Positions 17,620-27,252 of a stretch of DNA of 64,000 bases are shown one piece after another; position 1 is the stretch's first letter; every line of letters begins with the position of its first letter. A model generated the notes under the pieces. It saw only the letters and a program-made list of their open reading frames with translations. It was not told the origin of the DNA and did not search any database. Position numbers and translations under genes: made by a program. Source of the stretch: an uncultured Alphaproteobacteria bacterium (GTDB lineage Bacteria > Pseudomonadota > Alphaproteobacteria > RF32 > CAG-239); NCBI GenBank assembly GCA_910577205.1, contig CAJTMA010000010.1, positions 56 through 64,055 on the forward strand, read 5' to 3'.

Positions 17620-20600
17620 ATGGCTGATAATCAAACTTTTGAACAATGGCTGGAAGCTCAGAGCAATCTGACAGATGCCCAGCGTCAAGCATTGATAGCT
17701 CATAACGCAGATGCAACGGTAACATTTAGTCCAGAATCTTTTGATAGATATTTGACAGAATTGCGTGAACAAGGTTCAGAACCTCGCGGTGGAAAGGCAA
17801 ACGCCGATAACAGTTCGGAAGCTGATTTGCAGACCGCTTTAGCTATGGCAAACGGCGATTTAAGCAAAATGGACTATGAGCAGGTTGCCGCCGTTTGGAA
17901 CACATTAAACGGCATTGACGGAAATGCCGCGCCCGAACTTAGCGCCAAAGCCAGCGAAGCCAAAGCTAAAATGGCGGAATTCTCCGAACGCCTGATGGCC
18001 GGCGTTAATCTGCAGCAGCCTTGGACAATGGACACAGCGCCGGAATACACCTCTTGGTTGGAAGTTAATAAAGCCGTTTTAGCGCAAAGCAATGATACTG
18101 CTAATAAAGAAGACTTGAAACGAAAACTTGCCGGGGGTGCGGTTCTCAGAGATGATAATGGTAAGATTATAGGCGCAAATTCTAAAGAAGCTTATGTGTT
18201 CGCGCGCAATGAGCAGATTCAAAGCAGCTTAATCAGCTTTTATCAGGCTTTTGACCGTGAACACGGTTTAGATAAATTGACCGAACCTGCCCATGTCCAG
18301 ATGTTAAAGGCCAATGAAGCAGCTGTATTGGCAATCGGAAAAGATTTTAATCCGTTCGCCAAAAATGAACAGGGCGAACTGCGTCATCCGGAATTTGCGG
18401 CGGTTGATAAGTTTTATGACAAACTGGATATTGATAACAGCAACAAAAATGTCGATGCCGTCAACAAAGACAGTTTGAAAAAGGATATGGCGGAGCTGGC
18501 TTTCAATGAAACCCTGCTTCAGTTAAGCATGAATCCTGATTTTGCCCGCCTGAGCAAAGAACAGCAAGAAAAATTGCTGGCTGAAACTTATGCTTTCAAT
18601 ATGCAGGCCGGCATGATTACCATGATTGCTGCGCAAATGGCCGAACAGGCAACGAAAGAAGACCAGAATCCTCATAAGGTAAAAGAGTTTGAAGATCAGG
18701 CCGCGCAGTACATTACAGCGGCGGTCAAGGGTGAAAATAATTCCTTTAAGGTCAGCAATACCGCGGCATTAGCGAATTTAGCTTCCCGCACCACCACTCA
18801 GGAACATATTGCCAAACGCGTTGCTCAGAAAACCGGGCATAAGTCTTTCTGGCAGAAAATCAAAGATTTTGATGAACGGATGGCAAAGAAACATCCGAAA
18901 GCTTACCCTTTCTTGAAAAATTTAGCCATCAGTTCTTCCGTCGGTTTAGCCTTCGGTGGTGCAGGTTTGGCTGTTATGTCTGTCTATAAAACGGGTAAAG
19001 CTATTCAAAAAAGTTGGAAAAATTATAAAGAATCCAACAAGGACGGTCAGTATAAATCTTATTTCGGCTATTTGAGAAAGAATCCGAAAGAAATTATTGG
19101 TTTGGGTGTGAGCCTTGCTGGTTCGGTAATGTCCGCCTATATGGTTGGGATGAACGGCATCAGTGTCAGTGACTTTGGTCTTGGAGGTCAGGTCTATGAA
19201 AATGGTCTGTCCAACACTTGGGATATGATGAAAAATACCGTAGGCAATGCCTTTAGCAGCCCAGAAGCCGCGAAAGACTTGCCTTGGACCGAACGTGCGA
19301 CTTCTTGGGGAAAGAAATTTTTAGGGCAAGTAACGAATACCACGCAGGATGGTAACCGTGCGACACGTCTGTTAATTTCCCTCGGTGGTGGTTTGTCGAC
19401 AGGCGCGATAGACTTTGCAGCCTCTTTTAAAGAAAAAGATCCTGAAAAGAGGAAGCAGTTGCGTAAAAATGCCTGGAAAGCTGCCAGTGGTGCTTTTATC
19501 GGTGCGGGAATCAGCTTAGGTTTCACCGGATTTATGAAAGCGAATAATCCGGATTCTCCTCTGCCGCATGATTCTCCGGTAGATAGTGAGGATTTCAAAC
19601 CTCAGGATCAACCGACAAAGGATTGGGATGCAAATCATAACGGAATTCCTGATTCTATAGAGCGTCCGGCTGAGCAACCGGTTGATAACACGATAAAATC
19701 ACCATGGGCAAGTCAGGAACAAACGGGTGCGGAAACAGAACCTAAAGTAACCTCTGACAAGGAGTGGGATGCAAACCACAACGGAATTCCTGATTCCATA
19801 GAGCGTCCGTCTGAGCAACCGGTTGATGTTGATAACATGATAAAATCACCTTGGGCAAATCAGGAACAAGCGGGTACAGAAGCAGAACCTGAAGTAGCCC
19901 CGGATGAAAATATGGAATTTTGGAAAAACCGCGCTGATAAGTTTTTAGGGGAAGAAAATACCAAACATATCTATGATATGGTTGAAAGAGGGGAGATTAA
20001 ACTTCCTGATGGTATCGAATCCAAAGAAGAATATGCCTATAAGCTGGCAATGGACATTCAGCAGACGCCAGCCGAGATTAATCAGGCTTTGGGCGGCGAA
20101 TGGAAAAGTTCTGCCAAATTGACTGATAGTATCAAATCTTGGACAGCAGAGGACTTTGCCAAGTTAAATGACAGCGTGGATGACTTCTCTGACCGCGGTT
20201 ATCATAACGGTGAAATCCCAGGAAGAAATCCTGTTAACTCTACAGGGGGCGGAAAATCGCCAGACACGATAGTTTTAGACGGAGAACAGCACGTGCTTAA
20301 TCCGGGACATGAACCAGATAAGACGCCCAAACCCTCTCAAGCGCCAGTTGCTCCGGCCGCTGAAGACATCAGGGATGAAGCATATTATCAGGAAGAGAAA
20401 GACGCTCTGGGCAAACATGGTGATGAAAAATCACTCAAAAGCCAGATTAATGCGGCTCGCAAAGACGAAAATGTCACTGTGGAAGAAGCCATTGATACAT
20501 TTATGGATAACCGCGTTGCCGCCGGAGATATGTCTGAACAACAGGGAACGGAAACTGCAAATTTGGTTAAGCATGAACTGGATGGCCGTGACGGTAACCA

Positions 20601-21894
20601 GGATGGCAAAATCAATGACGAAGAATTAAGCAAAAGAGATGTTCGTCGCGGCATGAAAGAAGTTAACAGAACACTTGATGCCATGAAAGAAAACGCGGAT
20701 GAAGTTCTGACCGCTGAAAATCTGCAAGGCGGGTTTGAAGTCGATGCCGAACATCCGGATACTTATACTTCAGATACGCGTGATCCTAAGTTTTATGAGG
20801 GCGCTTCAAAAGTTGTTCATGAGATGCGCAGCGGAGATCAGCCCATACAGGATGTTATGAAAGAAGCCGTTGTTTCCGGAGAAATTACCAAGGAACAAGC
20901 TACTCTGATGAACACGCGTTATGCCGAACTCCGTAGAGAAGGCCTTTCTGATGATGCCAGCCTGCGCCAAATGGAAAGAGATTTTGACCGCATGGCGAAA
21001 TATCATGAGGCGCAGAATTTCGGTTCACGCGCACAGGAAACGAGCAATGAAATATCCGAGCCGGCAGTTGAGGCTAAACAAGAACCGGTAGCAACCCAGA
21101 CGGAAGAAAAGGCGGCTGAGGTTAAGGAAGAACCGGTGGTAACCAAAACGGAAGAAAAGGCGACTGAGGTTAAGGAAGAACCGGTAGTAATCAAAACGGA
21201 AGAAAAGGCAGCTGAGGCTAAACAAGAACCGGTCGAAACCAAAACGGAAGAAAAGGCGGCTGAGGTTAAGGAAGAACCGGTGGTAACCAAAACGGAAGAA
21301 AAGGCGGCTGAGGTTAAGGAAGAACCGGTGGTAACCAAAACGGAAGAGAAGGCGGCTGAGGTTAAGCAAGAACCGGTTGAAACCAAAACGGAAGAAAAGT
21401 CTGAACTCCAAAAACGCCTGGATGAAGCCAAAGAGCGCTTTGGTGTACCGGTGGATGACGGTCAAACAGTTCCTGCCGAAAACACACATACGTTACCTAA
21501 CGGAGGCAGCTATGAAGTTACAGAGAACGGCATTAGCGTCAGAAACGCGCGTGTTCTCGGCCAAGACAATGAATTTAGAAAATTCACGAAAGTGGCCACC
21601 GGAGGCAATACATTCCTTAATGGGGAAGATTTGGGACGAGGAATGCGCGCAACCATGATGATGAATAGACTGGCACTGAATGAACAAATCTATGATGATA
21701 TGCACGCGCGGCAAGTTTCTGGAGCACAGCTGACAGAAATCGAGAAAGGATATATGTCAAAACATGAGGAAGATTTGGCTAAATATGGTTTGGCACATGA
21801 TGAAAAAGGCAATGTCGTGAAGCAAGCTGACAACACCTCGGGGAAACATAGACAGCCTGTTATGGGCAGACGTTCTCAGGGGCGTAACGACTAA
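17620..21894 (+). CDS. Large orphan protein (1424 aa) with central Gly/Ala-rich hydrophobic helices, DxNxNG motifs and C-terminal repeats
   Basis: SD GAGGAG; long ORF; no signal peptide; paralogous blocks shared with 22044..24587. Confidence 0.8.
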   Translation: MADNQTFEQWLEAQSNLTDAQRQALIAHNADATVTFSPESFDRYLTELREQGSEPRGGKANADNSSEADLQTALAMANGDLSKMDYEQVAAVWNTLNGIDGNAAPELSAKASEAKAKMAEFSERLMAGVNLQQPWTMDTAPEYTSWLEVNKAVLAQSNDTANKEDLKRKLAGGAVLRDDNGKIIGANSKEAYVFARNEQIQSSLISFYQAFDREHGLDKLTEPAHVQMLKANEAAVLAIGKDFNPFAKNEQGELRHPEFAAVDKFYDKLDIDNSNKNVDAVNKDSLKKDMAELAFNETLLQLSMNPDFARLSKEQQEKLLAETYAFNMQAGMITMIAAQMAEQATKEDQNPHKVKEFEDQAAQYITAAVKGENNSFKVSNTAALANLASRTTTQEHIAKRVAQKTGHKSFWQKIKDFDERMAKKHPKAYPFLKNLAISSSVGLAFGGAGLAVMSVYKTGKAIQKSWKNYKESNKDGQYKSYFGYLRKNPKEIIGLGVSLAGSVMSAYMVGMNGISVSDFGLGGQVYENGLSNTWDMMKNTVGNAFSSPEAAKDLPWTERATSWGKKFLGQVTNTTQDGNRATRLLISLGGGLSTGAIDFAASFKEKDPEKRKQLRKNAWKAASGAFIGAGISLGFTGFMKANNPDSPLPHDSPVDSEDFKPQDQPTKDWDANHNGIPDSIERPAEQPVDNTIKSPWASQEQTGAETEPKVTSDKEWDANHNGIPDSIERPSEQPVDVDNMIKSPWANQEQAGTEAEPEVAPDENMEFWKNRADKFLGEENTKHIYDMVERGEIKLPDGIESKEEYAYKLAMDIQQTPAEINQALGGEWKSSAKLTDSIKSWTAEDFAKLNDSVDDFSDRGYHNGEIPGRNPVNSTGGGKSPDTIVLDGEQHVLNPGHEPDKTPKPSQAPVAPAAEDIRDEAYYQEEKDALGKHGDEKSLKSQINAARKDENVTVEEAIDTFMDNRVAAGDMSEQQGTETANLVKHELDGRDGNQDGKINDEELSKRDVRRGMKEVNRTLDAMKENADEVLTAENLQGGFEVDAEHPDTYTSDTRDPKFYEGASKVVHEMRSGDQPIQDVMKEAVVSGEITKEQATLMNTRYAELRREGLSDDASLRQMERDFDRMAKYHEAQNFGSRAQETSNEISEPAVEAKQEPVATQTEEKAAEVKEEPVVTKTEEKATEVKEEPVVIKTEEKAAEAKQEPVETKTEEKAAEVKEEPVVTKTEEKAAEVKEEPVVTKTEEKAAEVKQEPVETKTEEKSELQKRLDEAKERFGVPVDDGQTVPAENTHTLPNGGSYEVTENGISVRNARVLGQDNEFRKFTKVATGGNTFLNGEDLGRGMRATMMMNRLALNEQIYDDMHARQVSGAQLTEIEKGYMSKHEEDLAKYGLAHDEKGNVVKQADNTSGKHRQPVMGRRSQGRND
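19618..19896 (+). repeat. Two copies of a ~140-bp coding duplication (WDANHNGIPDSIERP...IKSPWA)
   Basis: Near-identical DNA copies. Confidence 0.85.
21070..21399 (+). repeat. About seven copies of a 48-bp coding tandem repeat (EVKEEPVVTKTEEKAA)
   Basis: Highly similar DNA units. Confidence 0.9.
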
Positions 21895-21898
21895 GCAT

Positions 21899-21931
21899 AA
21901 AAAAACAGCCATCCGAAGATGGCTGTTTTTT
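21899..21931 (+). terminator. Intrinsic terminator
   Basis: AAAAAACAGCCATC-CGAA-GATGGCTGTTTTTT. Confidence 0.85.
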
Positions 21932-22043
21932 ATAAATGCTGATAAAAATTTTTGCCTAATTTGACAAAAAACATATTGAACTTATGAAAAAAATGTGGTA
22001 AAGTACTAGCAATTATAGAACATTAATTGAGGAGTTATGAGTT

Positions 22044-24587
22044 ATGGATGCTAAAATTGCCGCCGCCAAAGTGCAAAGCGACTTGCAAAATTTAAGTGAT
22101 GAAGAACTGATTGAAGTATACTCTTCTTTAAAAGGAAAAGACGAGTACAAAGTTCAGTTCAACAAGCTGATGCACCAGGCTGGAAAGCGTTTGAAAGGCA
22201 TTTTGGAAAAAGATGAGCAGGAACAGACGAATAATGCCGGCCATGCTGCTGCTCAAAATGACGAGGATTTGGTTAATTCTAACCTGACCCAGGTTGAACA
22301 ATTTGAAACCGTTAATGTTTTGGACAACAAAAATAAAGATTTTGCCGAAACCCGCGCTTATCTGAATAATTTGTCTGTGGTTGATGAAAACGGTCAGAAA
22401 GTTGACGTTACCTCTAATATTATTGAACTTGCCAAGATAGCAACTGCCGTCGAACTCAGTCAGGAAACCAAACCTTTCAATCAGGCCGAATATAACAATC
22501 GTCTGCGCGATAATATTGATTTGAGCATTTATGGTATTCTGGCGACAGAAAAATTAGTAACGGCTTCTGCTGCACCAAACCAAATGAGCGAAGTAAGAAA
22601 AGCTGTAGACTCCATTTTAAGCGGTAAAAAACAAACCGTCAGCACCAACAGCGCTTCTGCTGTAACGAGTAAAATAATTGTTACGATGAGAAATTATACA
22701 GACATATTATCAAATAAGTTTAGCAAGCTTGATGTTGTGAACCGTTTGAAGGATAAAGTAGAAAAGGCTAATGATAATTTAGAGAAAAAATTAAAACAAA
22801 CTTATGTTAAAGCCCGTACTTATGCGCAGATATTAACTGAACAAGGTGTTTGGACCGATGTTGGTATGGCCGGATTTGCCGGTCTCGGCGGCCCGATCGG
22901 TATGGCGGCTTATGGCGCATGGACATTTTATCGTCGCGTATGGCCGATGATTGAAGCCTATAAAGAAGAGAAAAAAGCCAATTCGGAAATGAAAAATTTC
23001 TGGCAATATACAAAACAGCATAAAAAAGATGCAGTTATGGCCAGTCTGTATACAGTAACCGCATTGGCGTCCGTGGGAATCGGTGTTGCCGGAATGGCCC
23101 AGGGAGCAACAGCTGCAATAGCGCCTTTGACACAGGCAAAATTAACGGCAGCAGTGGGAACAGTTGTTGCCCGCGGCGGAATAGATCTCTGGGCTGCAGA
23201 AACTCCCCAAGAACGCAAAAAGGCAGTCAAACGTACCTTGTTCTCACTGGCTGCATTCGGCGTAGGTCATGAAGTTGCCGGTTTGATGAGCAATCATGCC
23301 GATATGTCAGTGCCGGAAGCTGCTTCTGACAAAGTTGTTGCTCCTTCCGCGACAACATCGGAAGTTTCTCCGATGATTGATAGCAATAACAACGGTATTT
23401 CTGATTATATTGAGCTTCCGTCTAACGATAGTACTTTGACTGCTCCATGGTGGAAACTGCCGTTTATCTCTGACAACAATATGCTGGCCGAAAATGTTCA
23501 GGTTGTTGAAAACACTGATGTTGCCGCCGCATCCGTTGAAGTCGATACGGATGTTGAACTGCCGAAAGCTTGGAATAAAGATATGGGAATTAGCCCGAGA
23601 CAGTTTAACACCTTATTCGGCCATCCCGATCAGCAGTTTATTGGCGGACGGGACGCTCTGGAAAATGCTTATAGCGCAGCGTCCAACCTGTCTGCGGATC
23701 AGTTGTCTGCTTTAGGTGTTAAATCTCCTGAAGAATTGGTTTATAAGTTCTCCCGCCTTGAATTCCAATTAGGGCATAAAACTCCGGGTGAATTATGGGT
23801 TGGCGGCTATGCTGTAGACAACGCCCAGCCGGAGTTAGGAAACTTTGCTGATAATAAATTAAAGCTTGAAAAGCTGCTGAACTGTGGCGAAATCATTCAA
23901 AAAGGCGGCAGCGTTGAGGCATCTGATTTGGCCGGAATGAAAGCCCTGTTGGGACATATTGACCAAACCGGACAGTATCACGGAATTGGTGACCATATCA
24001 GAACCGCAGCCGTACCGAACAACGGTATCCTCAATGATTGTGGTAAAGTCAATATTCCGGGACATACCGGTGGTGGCCGTATCTCAGTTTCGGGGGCAAC
24101 GCCTGTTCCGTCAACTCCTGCTCCGGAGGTAACTCCGGTAGTGAATGTTCCGGTTAATGTGGTTGAACCTGCTGAACCAGTGCAGCCGGTTAGACCGATA
24201 ATCACAATGCCGGAGCTTGAAAAACCGCAAATTCCTGTGGTTGTTACTCCAATACCGACACATATTGAGCCGCTTCCGCTTGTTCAGCCTACTGAAGTTG
24301 GCGATCCTGTACCGGCAGAACCGGTTGTTGACGAACCTGAACAGCTTGAACAACCTGTTCTCAAAGGCAAAGGAGGCAATGCTCCGCTGGATAATAATAT
24401 CAACGGCGAAGCGGCTCGATTGGGCACAAATGTTGGTGCTGATGCTGACGGTAACGTCGTTCGGGCAGATACACCTCAAGATTTCTCCTCTTCTGCCAAA
24501 GATGCCGAAACTACTGGCACAGGCAAAGGAAATAAGGGATTAAATCCGTTCCTGCTGAACAATAGAATCAATACCTTTGATTTATAA
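22044..24587 (+). CDS. Large orphan protein (847 aa), paralogue of 17620..21894, with a Pro/Val-rich C-terminus
   Basis: SD GAGGAG; GLGGPIGMAAYG, NFWQYTKQHKKD, DSNNNGISDYIELP and SPEELVYK match blocks in the upstream protein. Confidence 0.8.
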   Translation: MDAKIAAAKVQSDLQNLSDEELIEVYSSLKGKDEYKVQFNKLMHQAGKRLKGILEKDEQEQTNNAGHAAAQNDEDLVNSNLTQVEQFETVNVLDNKNKDFAETRAYLNNLSVVDENGQKVDVTSNIIELAKIATAVELSQETKPFNQAEYNNRLRDNIDLSIYGILATEKLVTASAAPNQMSEVRKAVDSILSGKKQTVSTNSASAVTSKIIVTMRNYTDILSNKFSKLDVVNRLKDKVEKANDNLEKKLKQTYVKARTYAQILTEQGVWTDVGMAGFAGLGGPIGMAAYGAWTFYRRVWPMIEAYKEEKKANSEMKNFWQYTKQHKKDAVMASLYTVTALASVGIGVAGMAQGATAAIAPLTQAKLTAAVGTVVARGGIDLWAAETPQERKKAVKRTLFSLAAFGVGHEVAGLMSNHADMSVPEAASDKVVAPSATTSEVSPMIDSNNNGISDYIELPSNDSTLTAPWWKLPFISDNNMLAENVQVVENTDVAAASVEVDTDVELPKAWNKDMGISPRQFNTLFGHPDQQFIGGRDALENAYSAASNLSADQLSALGVKSPEELVYKFSRLEFQLGHKTPGELWVGGYAVDNAQPELGNFADNKLKLEKLLNCGEIIQKGGSVEASDLAGMKALLGHIDQTGQYHGIGDHIRTAAVPNNGILNDCGKVNIPGHTGGGRISVSGATPVPSTPAPEVTPVVNVPVNVVEPAEPVQPVRPIITMPELEKPQIPVVVTPIPTHIEPLPLVQPTEVGDPVPAEPVVDEPEQLEQPVLKGKGGNAPLDNNINGEAARLGTNVGADADGNVVRADTPQDFSSSAKDAETTGTGKGNKGLNPFLLNNRINTFDL

Positions 24588-24595
24588 GGAAAAGT

Positions 24596-24628
24596 AAAAA
24601 AACACCGCCGAAATGGCGGTGTTTTTTT
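24596..24628. terminator. Bidirectional terminator
   Basis: AAAAAAACACCGCC/GGCGGTGTTTTTTT. Confidence 0.85.
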
Positions 24629-25727
24629 ATTGGCTGTCATCTCCGAGATAATGGCGGATAAAACGGTTGTTCTTGCCAATTCTGGAAATAATTTCATAAC
24701 CGATAGTTCCGGCATCGCGCCCCATATCGTCCAGAGTATAAAAATCGGCAATCAAATGTGCCATATCTCCCACTTGCAGATTTTTGATATCAGTCACATC
24801 ACAAACAATGTTATCCATCGAAACTCTTCCCAAAATCCGCGCTTCATGCAATTTATCGCACAAATTGAAAAAAACTTTCCCCACATTAGACAGCGACCGG
24901 GGAATGCCGTCGCCATACCCGATAGAAATAATGGCAATTTTGCGGTTAGCATTAGCGCGGTATGTTGCGGAGTAGCCGACAAAATCGCCTTTCGGCAAAT
25001 CGGTTATCTGCAACACCGGGGCTTTGACGGTAATGACATTTTTCATCTGATTTTGACGGTAGGGGGCTGTATTAATGCCATACATTGCAGCACCGAGCCG
25101 CACCATGTCGAATAAATAGCCTTCGCCCAGAAATGTGCCGTCAGATGCTGATAAGCTTCCCGGCAGTTTGGGAAAGTAGGTTTCTTTCAAAAAGATAAAC
25201 ATATCCAATTGATGTTGGTTCATAAAATGTCCTTGCGCATCGCCGCAGGCCAGATGTGACATCACCAATGAAAACTCTTTTTTATCATCTTCGCTTAATT
25301 CTGATAAATCAAATTCGCGAAACCCCAAACGATTTAAGCCGGTTTCGATATTTATGGCCGGTTTAATCCCGGGGATACGGTGCTCTTTCCAATAAGCCAG
25401 CTGTTCTTTGCTGCTGATAACCGGAATGAGGCGCGCTTCTTCAAAATCAGACAAGGAATCCCGTCCCATCCCTTGCAACACATAAATCTGTGCATCCGGA
25501 ATTATCGCCCTGACTTCTTTTCCCTCAACCGCGTGCGCCACAAAGAAATGGCGGCATTTCGCACGCTTGTATAAAACTTCGGCAACCTTTACCGCGCCCA
25601 AACCATAGGCATCATCTTTCACCACGGCAGCCGCTGTCGCTTTGCCGGAGATTTTCTGCAAAGCCTGAAAATTTTCTACCAGACTGTCAAGGTTAATTTC
25701 TAAAATCGGTCTTGTCAAAATACTCAT
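24627..25727 (-). CDS. alr: Alanine racemase
   Basis: AVVKDDAYGLG (PLP lysine), MSHLAC, VGYSATY, GYGDG, GRVSMD. Confidence 0.93.
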   Translation of the reverse strand: MSILTRPILEINLDSLVENFQALQKISGKATAAAVVKDDAYGLGAVKVAEVLYKRAKCRHFFVAHAVEGKEVRAIIPDAQIYVLQGMGRDSLSDFEEARLIPVISSKEQLAYWKEHRIPGIKPAINIETGLNRLGFREFDLSELSEDDKKEFSLVMSHLACGDAQGHFMNQHQLDMFIFLKETYFPKLPGSLSASDGTFLGEGYLFDMVRLGAAMYGINTAPYRQNQMKNVITVKAPVLQITDLPKGDFVGYSATYRANANRKIAIISIGYGDGIPRSLSNVGKVFFNLCDKLHEARILGRVSMDNIVCDVTDIKNLQVGDMAHLIADFYTLDDMGRDAGTIGYEIISRIGKNNRFIRHYLGDDSQ

Positions 25728-25766
25728 TTCTGCCTATTATCCTTACAAATTAAATAGGAAACTTTC

Positions 25767-26513
25767 ATGCAGTTTATCGATACTCACCTCCATTTGCAAG
25801 ATTATAAAACCGGATTTGCAACGGATATTGTCCGCGAGTCGCTCTCTGCGGGCGTAACAAAACTCGTCTGCGCCGCAACCGGAATGTTTGATTGGGATAA
25901 AGTTGCCCGCTATGCTAAACAATATCCCGGCACGGTTATTCCTGCATTCGGGCTGCACCCGTGGTATCTGCAAGAAGCCAAGCCGGACTGGCTGCCGCGG
26001 CTGAGAGAATTTTTGGCGCGCTTCCCGGAGGCTTTAATCGGTGAATGCGGGTTAGACGGTATTAAAAATCCTGATGATGAACCGCAAAATTCAATTTTCT
26101 ATCAACACCTGTTGCTGGCTGAAGAATTGCAGCGTCCGTTGATAATCCATGCCGTCAAAGCGCAGGATTGGCTTGAAAATTATTGGGATATGCTGCCCGA
26201 AAAATGTGTTTTTCATTCCTATAACGGCAAACGCGAGGTGCTGAAAAAGATAATTAAATCCGGGGCTTATGTTTCATTTTCCGCGTCAATCCTGCGCAAT
26301 GCGGACAAACAGGAACTCGTGAATATGGTGCCGGGCGACAGATTGCTGCTGGAAACCGACGGTCCTTATCAAGGGCCGGATAAAAATGTTGAAGTCACGC
26401 CCCGATTTATCCCCCAATTGGCGGCACAAATAGCGCAGCTGCGTCAAGAACCGTTGCCTGAATTTGCCGCCCGCGTTTACCAAAACTCAAAGGAGTTTAT
26501 TCATGTCAGGTAA
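25767..26513 (+). CDS. tatD: TatD-family hydrolase
   Basis: DTHLH, GLHPW, IGECGLD, LLLETDGP. Confidence 0.9.
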   Translation: MQFIDTHLHLQDYKTGFATDIVRESLSAGVTKLVCAATGMFDWDKVARYAKQYPGTVIPAFGLHPWYLQEAKPDWLPRLREFLARFPEALIGECGLDGIKNPDDEPQNSIFYQHLLLAEELQRPLIIHAVKAQDWLENYWDMLPEKCVFHSYNGKREVLKKIIKSGAYVSFSASILRNADKQELVNMVPGDRLLLETDGPYQGPDKNVEVTPRFIPQLAAQIAQLRQEPLPEFAARVYQNSKEFIHVR

Positions 26514-27252
26514 TCCCCGTTTAATGCGTACTAAATTATTGCTGGGCGAGGATGGTGTCCGGCGATTGGAAAATGCCTGTGTTATGGTTATCGGGCTGGG
26601 GGCTGTCGGCGGTTATGCGTTGGAAGCCGTGGCGCGTGCCGGCGTTGGCAAATTGATTTTGGTTGATTTTGATAGCTTTGACGAAACCAATATCAACCGC
26701 CAAATTTTGGCTTTAAGCTCAACGGTAGGACGTAAAAAAACAGAAGTGGCGGCTGAACGTGTCCGCGAGATTAATCCCCATTGCGAGATTGTGGTTAAAG
26801 ATATGTTTGTCGACAGCTGCAATTTGCCGGAACTTCTGGCTCTGAAACCGGATTATGTGATTGATGCCATTGATTCCCTGACCCCGAAATGCTGCCTGAT
26901 TGAAGCCTTATGCGGCCGCGGTATTCCCTTTATTTCCTCCATGGGGGCAGCGTTGAAAACGGACACCTCCTGCATAAAATTGGCCAAGTTAAACCAAACC
27001 AAAAACTGCGGCCTGTCACGAATGCTGCGCCAAAGGCTGAAACGCCGCGGTGTCGACTTAAAAAATGTTGCCTGTGTCTATTCGGATGAACAGACCAATC
27101 TGCCGGAAGAGGCGATTCTTCTGACCGAAGACGGACAGCGGAATATTCTCGGTTCTCTGCCGACCATTACGGCAGTCTTTGGGTTATCCATAGCCAATGA
27201 GGTTATCAAACAACTGTCGGGTTTTTATATGAAAGGTAAATCAAATGGCTGA
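26503..27252 (+). CDS. tcdA: tRNA threonylcarbamoyladenosine dehydratase (ThiF family)
   Basis: GLGAVGG, TNINRQ, DAIDS, ISSMGAA; start at ATG 26503 after AGGAG. Confidence 0.85.
   Translation: MSGNPRLMRTKLLLGEDGVRRLENACVMVIGLGAVGGYALEAVARAGVGKLILVDFDSFDETNINRQILALSSTVGRKKTEVAAERVREINPHCEIVVKDMFVDSCNLPELLALKPDYVIDAIDSLTPKCCLIEALCGRGIPFISSMGAALKTDTSCIKLAKLNQTKNCGLSRMLRQRLKRRGVDLKNVACVYSDEQTNLPEEAILLTEDGQRNILGSLPTITAVFGLSIANEVIKQLSGFYMKGKSNG

Noticed and set aside
21070-21399. Regular repeats as a CRISPR array
   Set aside because: In-frame 48-bp coding tandem repeats with no unique spacers and no cas genes
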